Position numbers and translations under genes: made by a program
Part shown: piece after piece, positions 12,820 through 23,417 of the stretch
How positions within the stretch are numbered: the first letter of the stretch is position 1
How the letters are laid out: every line of letters begins with the position of its first letter
The notes under the pieces: generated by a model
Database searches by the model: none
What the model was told of the DNA's origin: nothing
Seen by the model: the letters and a program-made list of their open reading frames with translations, nothing else
DNA from: Catajapyx aquilonaris
Lineage: Eukaryota
Length of the DNA: 48,138 nt
Assembly: GCA_000934665.2 (NCBI GenBank)
Contig: JYFJ02002970.1
Location: 1-48,138 of the forward strand
Direction of reading: 5' to 3'

Positions 12820-13810
12820 GGCCAGGCTAATTTGAGCTTCAGGTCTGCTACCTTAGGGTCTGTTCCTACAGTAGATATTTTTTTGCGCAAAATCGAGCTC
12901 CTCCGGCACAGCTGGAAGGAAACTGTCGCAGCAGACGGGAATGCTACAGCGGGGAAGTAGCTGTGACAGCGAAAGGGGCGGGGCTCCCGGCTATTGCTGA
13001 CCAATCAGATAGCAGATTGAGGTCACGTGAGCAGTTCAATGAGCGAGAGGAAGCTATATTTTGCGTTAAAAAAAGCTGCTTTGGGAACACCCTGACGCTC
13101 ATATTGTCACCCTCATCACGACTCGTGAGGTCGATGGAGGGTCGCCTCTCTCGGAGGCTAATTTGAGCTTCAGGGTGCTCCCCAAAGCAGCTTTTTAAAA
13201 CGCAAAATCAAGATTATCAGTGGGGCTTAATGTCGCTGCTAAGGCTAAACATCGACGCCAGGGGGTGGTCCTCCTCCTGGAAATTTGGCCACTCTGGGGA
13301 TCTTTAACGTGCACTCGCGCAATGTCACAAGCACACGGGACCGACAGATTTACTTCCCCTCCGAAGGAAGGCGCACTCTCACTTTTCTACCACCCGGAGA
13401 AAAGTAACCAGACCTCGGCCGGGTTCGAACCCACAACTTTGGGTCTAGAGACGAGCGCGCTAACCACCAGACGACCATTCGAGCTGTGACACTCCCTCTT
13501 GCTGACGATTATGAACTGATCACGTGACCTCAATCTGCGATCTGATTGGTCGACAGGAGCCGGGAGCCCCGCCCATTTCGCTGCCACAGCTACTTCCCCG
13601 CTGCGACAGCTCCCTTCCAGCTGTGACGGAGCTGGCGCAGCTCGAATTTGCGCACAAAGCTGATTTTGGGAACAGGAACTCCTTAGACAGTCCCTGGATC
13701 GTCAGGTCTGCTACCTTACTCCTAATTTCGCGACTAGGCATGTTCACAAAGCAGCTTTTTTTTTGCGCAAAAACCTAGCTGTGACAGCTCCTCCGAAACA
13801 GCTGTAGCAG
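12820..13810. mobile_element. Composite foldback/inverted-repeat element with modular repeats
   Basis: About 12880-13040 is inverted at about 13510-13655. An inner inverted pair lies at 13058-13105 / 13160-13208. Modules aatttgagcttcagg, caggtctgctacctta and tttgcgcaaaa recur. A SINE interrupts the structure. Confidence 0.7.
13208..13485 (-). mobile_element. tRNA-derived SINE
   Basis: Minus strand head GGTCGTCTGGTGGTTAGCGCGCTCGTCTCTAGACCCAAAGTTGTGGGTTCGAACCCGGCC (A-box-like plus B box GGTTCGAACC). It is followed by a non-tRNA body (GGAGGGGAAGTAAA..GTCGGTCCC..GCACGTTAAAGATCCCC). Confidence 0.8.
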
Positions 13811-16550
13811 CACAATTTTGCATCAAAAATCTCACAAGAATTTAAGACGAATTTAGCGACATTTTGGCGCAACATGGCGTTGCGGATCTTGAAAAAAATT
13901 ACACAGAGTGACGTACTTTAACAACCACTTAGCGGCCTAAGCGCCTTCAATAAACCAAACTTTCCGTGTGCGATGGGGCAAGTGCACCGGATGTGTGGAC
14001 GAAAGTTACGGGGCTATAAGCAATCACGAAAGGGGCGAGTTGGGTACTATCGTGACCAACCGATCTCTTAGGTCTTCACATGCCTACCACCCATCAACTG
14101 CGTACATTCGTGACAATATTCGTGTGGACAAACAAGACATAATCTGTGTTTACCATTTCACCCTCAGGGAGCTAGAAACTTTCGAACCCCAGCAACCTTC
14201 ACCCGCCATTTAAAACAGGGTGTCGCAATAGTCATCAATCAACGCGCAAATTTGGCCGGAAAGTCATTTTGCGAACCGGTTGAAAGCGGGATCCTCCGCA
14301 ACTTTTGCGTCTCTTTCATACCCTTTTTGTCTGTAAAAAAGTAGCTTGTTTTTTCCTCAACAGCTCAATGACCACTGGTGGTTTCATCGATAGCCTGTGT
14401 GTGGATTGTTACACTTTCATGGTAAGATAAAGGGAGCTGTCAGAACACTGTTTGTCTTTTTCCTGGCTTTTGAAATAATTATGACTTGCTGGAGTTGGTC
14501 ATTTATTTACAGGTACCGCATTACAAAAAAAAAAAGGTGTGCCTTGTATTTATGGATCGTCTTATTTTGGGGGCCACCTACGATTGGTTCGAAGTGGATT
14601 GCGACGCTGCTTTATTATACAGACGAAAAATGTTGCGGCGCGACTTGCACGTGACTTAAATATTCCATTGGTGGCATTAATATGGCGTTGGGATATCACA
14701 AGGGGGACGTGACATACCTGGGCATTTTTGGACGTGTCGCAATGAGGGGGGCCGCACCTTTGCCACAAGAAAGAATGCAATGATCTCACATTGAGGTCAA
14801 ATTGAGTTTTAACATATATATAGTTTTAATACACAAAAAATTTAAGCAACATAACCTTCAAACAAACAAAAAATGCAAAATGCAATGTTAAATGCGTTAT
14901 TACAGGGGCTGATATGTCAAGGTAAAGTAGCATACTTGCTCCCGGCTGGTAAAGAAGATTGACATCCGTAATGTGCAGTGTTGTGCATTGCATGTGTAAG
15001 GAAACAATAGGTGAACGATAAAAAGTCTGGAGAGTAAAAAAAAATCTGAAACGGAAGTTCCCACTCCCAATTTAGGGAAGGACAGTTTGCAATTTGCGGT
15101 TGGAAATAAGGCGCAGGTACTGTAATGGAAAATATGACTGTTCACACGTTAACCACTTTTTAATTAAAAACAGACTAGACAGTGACAAAAAATAGTTTAT
15201 TACTAATTTCATGCAAATATCGATACTCAGCTTCCACTTCATGTTTTCATCACACGGTGCATCACTGGTCGTCTTGTGCTCTGACTAAACAGCCTTGCAG
15301 GAATGAGAAGTGCAGTGTCAACACCAGGAAAAATATAACCTAAATCTGCTTAGTGTTTTCTGAGACCTTGCCTCAAAAATAGATGCATTCATGTGGGCAT
15401 ACAAACTATGGAAACCGCCTCAACTGACAGTGGAAAAAAAAAAAAAAAAGATGTGGTGGCCTTGCGCATGATTCCACCGGCCATAATCATGTCTGGTTCA
15501 TCCTTTGTCATATCAGTCTGGGACTTCAGAGCGGTACATAAGGCCACCGTTTTATTACCCACATGAATGTAGATGGGTCCAATTATTGGATTATATCAAG
15601 CGCACCCTAGGCTTTAGCCATGAATGCTAGCTGTGATGGAACATTTTGCAGATGCCATTAGTTTACATTTGCCATAACGACTGCAGTAGTACGACCTGCT
15701 ACATAGTGAGCCACTTCTATACAGATAGAGTAGCAATGCAAGAGGATTACAAAACATAAATGCTTATTAACTGCCACATAAATAATGCTGCACACACCCA
15801 CACTAATATATATCATGTGAAGCACAATAATTACACAAGTGGAATGTTCTATAGGGCAGCACTATTTTTCTGTAGCTTACATCACAACATTCTGATAGGT
15901 AAAAACACTGGTAACACAAGGAAATGAGGCAGCAACAACCTCGGAATAAACTTACATGACCAGACCTATTATTGCCTGCCTATTACAAGGGTGCACCAAG
16001 ATAACCTTGAAAATAAAAGTACAACCATTTGTTTCCATGATCATTCAGCCAACCCGGGCTGGGTGAAAATAAGATTTATGCTTCAGAGATTACAGTATCA
16101 GCCTTAGAAATCCATTAACCTTTGAGTTATGGACAAAAGTATGTACTACTGGATAATATAATTTATTTCATATAAACTTTTTCCGCTAAAAATAGCTGTA
16201 AAAAGTTTTTATGACTCAGACCTGCAGCTTCAACTGTATCTTTAATAGAAAAAGGGTTCAGTTCCAGATTACAAAGGATGCAAGGCATAACAATATATTT
16301 GTCCCTTTATCAATTAATTCCACCAAGAGCGAAATTAAAGCAGGTCATAATTAATTTATTTCTCATTGTCATCTGCAACATGCTTTAATCTTATTTTCAC
16401 AGTGCTTCATCTCAATAACCACATAACTGCTAACCTCTTTCAACTCTCAACAATTTTTTTGTAATAACGAATGACTTACATGACACAATTGCAAATCTTT
16501 TCATTGGCCAACTGCACCAATTATGAAAAAAAGCAGACCTTCTTACTTGC

Positions 16551-19500
16551 TCACTCCCTCTTCCTGTCTTCAGGAGCAGCCAATCTGAGCACATCCTTCT
16601 CCAGGCTATCTCCGAAAGCCTGAAAGGAGAACATCTTTGCGACCCTAGTCCGGGCTGCCTCCCCCATCCTCCTTGCCAGTTCCCGATCCTCCAATACCCT
16701 GGCAGAAGCAACAGCAAACGCTGATGCATCAGGTGGCCTCAGAAATCCTGTCTCTTCATCCGCCACTGACTCACGAGGCCCTCCTGAATCCACGGCCACC
16801 ACAGGTCTCCTCAGGTACATGGCTTCCAAGGGCACAATGCCAAAGTGCTCCATGGATGGGGTATAAAGGAGAAGAGCACACTGTCTGAGAAGACAGAGCT
16901 TGGAGGCATCATCAGGGGAAAGCAGGAATGTGGTGCGGGATGATAGCCCTAGTTCAGTCGCCAGGGAACGGAGCTCATCAGCATGAGCGACATTTTCTGG
17001 GAGGCGAGGATCATAGCCACCTGCCATCACCAGGTGAACACGTCGCCAAGTCGACGGCTGCAGGCACGACTCCAGTTCAGCTATAAGGGCAGGCAAAAGC
17101 AGGACTCAGTTTCTACCTCTTAAGGGTCTTATACACTGCTAACTTTTGTGCTTAAACTTCACACATTCCTCAAAAAGGCCAGAATATTAATATCTAAGGT
17201 TGATATTTCATTACATTGTCAATCAGCACCCAACCTGTTTTGTGAATGGCAACTGTCAGAAAGTAAGTGTACTACTCTCTTCTACATTTGTGTACCTACT
17301 GGTAATCTGTTTAATAAAATATATGGGGGAGACACAGTGTTCTGACCTTGGTCTGGAGTGGTGCATAGTACAAGCATAAATTTAACTTGAATTTTGTGTT
17401 ATAAAAGATGGACACCATGATGACTGCCCTTTAGCAACACTTACCAAATGCTCTGAGTGCAAGTCGAAGGTTTTTCTTCCTCTCATATCTGTTGATGGAA
17501 AGTACCACGAGGGCATCCTGTGGCAACGGGTGACCCAGCACCTCTTCTATACTCTTCACCACTGGCTGGTCAAAGAAGTCAGTGTTTAGGGAAGGGTAGA
17601 GAACAGAAGGCTTGATCCGTAGACGAGAGAAGGTTGATTCAAAAACACCAGCTGCAAAAGTAACAACAAGATCAATATTTGAAATGGAATGTGGTATAAG
17701 TGCACTAGCTCAGTTAGCAGTGCTAATACAAGTGATGGCTTTGACAACCCTTAATTACAAGTCAAAATCAGAGCTATTCAATTCAATATTAAATGTATTA
17801 ATCAAAGTCAGTATCCCAAATGCTTTATGGGGAGAACCCACACTTCCTGTAACTTTGTTTCAGTTAATGAGCTGCATTATGTTTGAAAGAGCTATCTTTG
17901 TTTTATATCAAGCTATACATTTGTCACTGTCGATTCAGTTAACCAACAAATAACTATTACTTGCTCTACAGATGCTGCGATATTACACCTGTCATTTCCA
18001 TCTCACCTGTAAATTTGCTATTGACAAGCACAGTATTAGCCATGCCAGTGGTGACTTGCTCAACCCAGTCTAAAGGTGTGCGATACATCCTTCGTATCCA
18101 GGAGTCGTGTTTTGCCAGCAGGAGGTCCGGGTAGTGGCAGTAGAAGAGCACGGGTATGCGGAACAGCTTCAGGATGGGGATGCAAGCGGGGACCTTTAAG
18201 GGCAAGCAAACAAACAAACATGAGTCCTGCTGCAGGCCATCCCCATTTCACACAACCCTGTTGAAGGGTATTTTTAATCTACCTCTGACCTGTGCAGAGC
18301 TGGGAGGAGATGGTCAACAGGAGAAGGGTCAATATGCAGAAGGGTTGAGTCAACACACAATTTTTAATGTAACTGCAACTGGCAGACCACAGAGAGGGTA
18401 AATGCAATCCCTCTGCGAGGATGAGTCACATGCAATTGGAAAAACAATTTCGACAGGAACGCTAAACTGGAGGGGAGGGAACCGTAGGAGAGACCGAGAA
18501 TCAATTACAAGCATGAATTGGATGGAGTTGGTGGTGACAACTGGGAGATCAATCGGCCTCATTACAATTTCCAATATCCATGCACAGCATGCAGTGGAAA
18601 GCCTGGGGGCATTATTTGTGCTTGCGTCCACCTACTCCTGCATTGTCCACAGCTACAATTCATGTAATTAACAAAACTAAACACGTCAACATATTACCAC
18701 AATTCATAATTTTAAAAATACATGTACAGATTACAGATTAGTACGATTGCTAGTGCACATAATTCTCCCTGAAGGCCAAATATCCCATCGTACATACTGT
18801 GTATAAAATAATTACAAATTTGCAACTGTTACAGTCACAAAACTTTGCAAATAGGTAGGAAAAGCTTCACTTTTTCATGTTAAAAACTTTCCCTCAAAAT
18901 TTACAAAGATATCTTTCACTTACAGGATCGTTTAATCCTCTGACCTCTAAATATTTTAGCGAATGTTGTTAATAATAATGTTAGATAAAAAAGTGAAACT
19001 CAGTTTCGTTGTATAAAGTATAAACCAAGGTCTCGTGAAAATCTGCATTTCAAATTATCAATTCTTCAAGTTTTTCCACTTTAAAATCACAACAGGAGGG
19101 GCATGGAGTGTTACATAATATTAATATTTCTTTGCAAAGGGGAGACGGAGTGGCGCCGCGGTAACGCGCGCGCCCACGGAAGTTAAGGTCCCGGGTTCAA
19201 TCCCCACCCGGGGTTCCCACCTTCTTTCGTGCAGAGTTGGGCCATCTCTGGCTTCGTTTTGGGTGGCAATTTCCGGCAGACTAAGCCACCCGGGGGAGTT
19301 CACAAAATGACGATTAGAGACATTGCACTTGAGATTCTTCTTAAACTCGCTCCAAAAACAAATTCCAAAGGTGGCAACCCACCCCCCCTAAGGAGTAGTA
19401 TAACTCCCCCCGTGGGGTAATGGAAAAAAAAAAAAATCTTTGCAAATGTCTTTTCTAGATACCAATAGCTAGCTCAAGCAGATATTAATTTAATAATAAT

Positions 19501-21570
19501 CATCAAATAAATGATTTTGCAACACCAGTTACACAAGTTCAAATGGGGAATACAATGGAAGAAATACCATTGTTTGGTATTAGAAGAAGAAGAAGAAGAA
19601 GAATAAATAATTTCGATAGTGCGGACATCCTTTCTCAGGAGGTATTGCACAGACCTTTATGGATTTGTTAGGTCTTGTGTACATTGTACATATGGGTACC
19701 TTTTTGCGAAGCGCCCAGGTCCACAGGCAGGGTGACTAGGAGGGGATGTGCAAGGTGCAAGTGCAATGTCTGTAACAGTACATTTTGTGAACTTCCCTGG
19801 GTGGATTAGTTTAGCAGAGATTCTGAGACGACCCAACTCTGCACGAGATGAAGGGGGGTGACCCCAGGCTGGAATCGAACCCGGACCCCTCCATCCGTGG
19901 GCACTTACGGTACCACAGCGCCACTCTACCTCCCTCTTGACATTAAAATATGAATTATCTAAGGTTCCTAGCACCCTCCTGTCATGATTTGAACATGGAA
20001 ATTATGGCAAAATTGAGAACTTGAAATGCAGATTTTCGCACTCTATTTCATCTGACTAACACCGTGGGGAGGGGAAGACAATCACTTTTTACCAGTGCCC
20101 TATCTACAATGCCAAGATCAATCAAATCAAACAAGCACGCATAAAGCCACTTGTGTCATCAATATAACTGCAGACTCTCCTAAATTCTCATTTCAAATAA
20201 ATTTCACTAAGTTGCAGCTCATGCACAACCTTAATATTTATCCTCTTGAATGTAAAAAAAAAAATCCTTCTCACTACCTTGCCTTTGGTTTTACGCCTAT
20301 TTTGATACCCATCTATAACATTACTTGCAACTCTGCATGAGGAAACACATATGTGCCAAAAGTTTTAGAAAAAAAAAAAAACTGAGTCTTGCTTTTCCAT
20401 CAGAAACTATTCCAAACTACCTTCACTAAAAATTATGATGCGAAGGAAACCCTTGGACGATCCCTTTGTAAATTATGGTTTCAAAGCAATGTCTTATCTA
20501 TAAACAGGCAAGTGGATTTAACACCCCAGGGCAGTATATCATCAAAAAGCATATGTGCAACCACTCAACATAAAGGGGCAAAGTGAGAGTAAATAATCTC
20601 GGCTGACTGGACAGGAAGCACATACTTCTGATCAACTTGCACCTGTTTATTCGTACTCCTATGAATTCTCCATAACCTGTGACGTCATATTGATGTAGTT
20701 GGAAGAGACTTTCATTGCACATTTCGATTGACCCTTCTTGATGGCACAGGCAGTAGGGGTATTTATTTATTTATTTATTATTGTATTGTACCATGTGCAA
20801 TGAATGGCATGACACAATAAAATATGACAGTATGATTAAATCCCTTATCCCGCATTATCCATTCCACTTGGTATCCCATCAATGCCCTGGAAACTTGATC
20901 AGAAATAGTTTAAATGTCCAATCAAACTTCATGCACTCTGCGCAACTCTTAAATAAACAGAGTGAATGCTGCTGAATTCCACACAATGGAGCAGCTGAAA
21001 GAATGCCAGCAAGAAAACTCAATGCTACAAGCTTTCCTTAAGTTTTGACATCTCAATTGCATGATTTCCTAGGGTGCAAAGGATTCCCATTGCACATATG
21101 ACTTTGGACAAAACTCCGTACTTTCCTATGATAGAAGCTGAAAATCACATCATTTCATTTTGATTCAATGCACAGCTGGAGAAAATTCACCTCAACACTT
21201 GATTTGAAAAGAATCAGCAAATAAGTACAGTTAAACGCTGAACCAACTGATCCTTCCTAACCTGATCGCAGAAGACAACATCCGGCTTAAGTTGGCTGAA
21301 GAGAACAAGGTAGAGTGCAGCAGCAATCATGCGCAGGCAGGCGCACAATGCCAGGGCAGCTCCAAAGAGAGAGCGAGGAATGTAGCTGCCAGCAACGGTG
21401 ACAGGCACCGTCCCATCTCGAGTCTCCACGAAGCATCGCTTGGGGTCATGGTGAGGGGTCACCACCCTCACGCTGTGACCCCTTGCCTTCAGGGCCAGGG
21501 CAGCATCCACCACCAAACGCTCCGCTCCACCCACACCCAGGTCGGGGTGGAGGAACACCACTCGCACCAT
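16551..21570 (-). CDS. ALG2: Alpha-1,3/1,6-mannosyltransferase ALG2 (GT4 family), 4 coding exons, 410 aa
   Basis: Exons 21570-21262, 18193-18007, 17651-17445, 17080-16551 (TGA); 1233 nt, phases 0/1/1 consistent. Motifs: FLHPDLGVGGAERLVVDAALAL, FYCHYPDLLL, LSINRYERKKNL, AGGYDPR, EHFGIVPLE (EX7E), VDSGGPRESV. Confidence 0.96.
19139..19436 (+). mobile_element. tRNA-derived SINE with poly(A) tail and 10-bp TSD
   Basis: Head GGGGAGACGGAGTGGCGCCGCGGTAA..GGGTTCAATCCC; A13 tail; TSD TCTTTGCAAA at 19129-19138 and 19437-19446. Confidence 0.9.
19582..19935 (-). mobile_element. tRNA-derived SINE, same head family as 19139-19436, with a (TTC)n tail
   Basis: Minus strand GGGAGGTAGAGTGGCGCTGTGGTA..GGGTTCGATTCC..CGTGCAGAGTTGGG..AGTTCACAAAATG..AGACATTGCACTTG is shared with the plus copy. 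The 3' part differs and ends in TTC repeats (19582-19603). Confidence 0.8.
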
Positions 21571-22640
21571 CCTGTAGTCAAGGAAAAAAGGCCCGTCCCC
21601 AGTTGGTGTGTGATACACTTTTATTCCGAAGTGCCTAGTGAATTAAAGTGGGCCGAGTCTGGACCTCTGTGGTCATAACCCGGATCTCTTGACAGCATCA
21701 AAAATGCCAATTTTTGTCTCTCTCAGCATATCAAACGCCCCCTTTTTTTTTTCAAAAGAATTCGAATGACAGGCGTTGCCCACCTTCGGGTGACGGGCAG
21801 GACCCGACCAAGACGGGGCTAAGGGCAGTTGAGATCAAACGATGGCCAATGGAGCTGGGCTCATCAGGTCCTCCGGGTCCTCCTCTTCTTCAAAGTGAAA
21901 AAGACACAATCAGCCTGACACGACTGCCACCATGAAAAAGGAGACGTGGCAACAGGGGGGAAGGGGGACGCGGCGGTGTTGCCACATCTGCAGGGCGGGT
22001 CGATTCAACTTGGCTTAAATGGGGTACGTGTTTTACCATTTCTTTTCAACCCTGTTTCAACCCAGATTGGTGCGGTCCTGGTTTTAAGCAACTACTGGGT
22101 CATTAAATTAGGGGTATTAGGCTATCACTCAGAGTGGATGAGTTATGATGATTTTTAACTTGAGAAATATGGGTTTTAATATTGCTTTTCATCCATGAGT
22201 GACACAGGATTACAATTGGCCGCCATGGCCACATGACGCACAAATATGCGTAAATTTGTTTAATTTTTTTGAAGGTGAACATTGATGTATAACTTTCCTA
22301 CATATTTTTATTGTAACATTGTTTTTGAGGTCTCAAGGATTTGACTAAAAAGCTTTTAAAAAAGGCTTGCCAGCTTTCTCGGTGGTACCGGTACCTGCCA
22401 TTTACTTGCTGGGCTCTGAGGGTTAAAGAGGACGTAGGACTGTGTGGTATTCCAACATTATCAACCATGCAATATGGATACTTCATTAATATCATGTGGT
22501 CAGTGTTTTAAAAGGAGAAACCATCAGGTGGGCACTTTTTATTCGCAATATTGTTTGCAATCCCCCTAAAGAGGGCACCGCCCTCAAATGGGGTATATAA
22601 AATCAATTAAATAAAAATAAATATTCTGTTTGCAATGATG

Positions 22641-22688
22641 GTTGCAACCAATGAGCTTAATACTAGTATTAAGCTCTTTGGTTGCAAC
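22641..22688. repeat. 48-bp palindrome, or a 32-bp micro-MITE with an 8-bp flanking duplication GTTGCAAC
   Basis: GTTGCAAC|CAATGAGCTTAATACTAGTATTAAGCTCTTTG|GTTGCAAC; one mismatch between the arms. Confidence 0.75.
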
Positions 22689-23417
22689 ATTTGCATGGCA
22701 TGCAATATTTCAGTTTTCGTTTATCGAATACAATTCAATATTAAGTATCCATATTCTGCATGGATATCCTGATATCACACAGCCCTTCCATGACATAACC
22801 CCAGTCGAGCTGAGTGTCTAAACATTTCCCAAATATGCTTACATGCTAATTGAAAGATCAACAGTGACTTAATAAAACTATTTTATGAAATTCACTCAAA
22901 TTGAAACTGTACAGATTCCACAATATGACGTAAAACAACATAATTTGATGGCAAGTATCAACAATACAACTGGGCAAATTGTACGCCATCTGAACTGATG
23001 ACTCTCAATAGATGAATAAAACATAACAGAAATGTTGCTGTATTTTGTTTGTCATTCAAATTCCAGATTGTACAAGGTAAGCAGGTCAAAAAAATAATGG
23101 TAATACAAATCAACATAAAAATGGGAGCAATAGGCAACAAGTATGCATATACTTTTCAACATCTTCAGAAAGAAGATAGATGGGCAGTGTATGTTATTTA
23201 AAAACAAACGCAATAACAATGAAAACATGGGAAACGAGGTTAGGAACTGGGACTGAGGAGGTCTGAATGGGTCTGCACCACTGGGAAAAGAGTACATTAT
23301 TTAACAAGGCACCTTAGAAAAAAAAACAAGGCACGTGTGAAAATGGATTCTGAGAAGGGGAAGGCCAGGACTTGCTCCCATGTCATTTCACCTTGCCACT
23401 TTCAAGACAGTAGCTGA

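Noticed and set aside
13415..13485. tRNA gene
   Set aside because: No proper acceptor stem or poly-T terminator, and it continues into a SINE body. The same applies to the heads at 19139 and 19935.
21926..22107. Plus-strand GCCACCATG with a 57-codon ORF divergent from ALG2
   Set aside because: No recognisable protein (it is not SEC61B, the vertebrate neighbour of ALG2); likely chance.
23135..23175. Minus-strand CTGAAGA-TGTT-GAAA plus a hairpin (minimal hammerhead-like)
   Set aside because: The cleavage triplet would end in G and no stem I pairing is possible.
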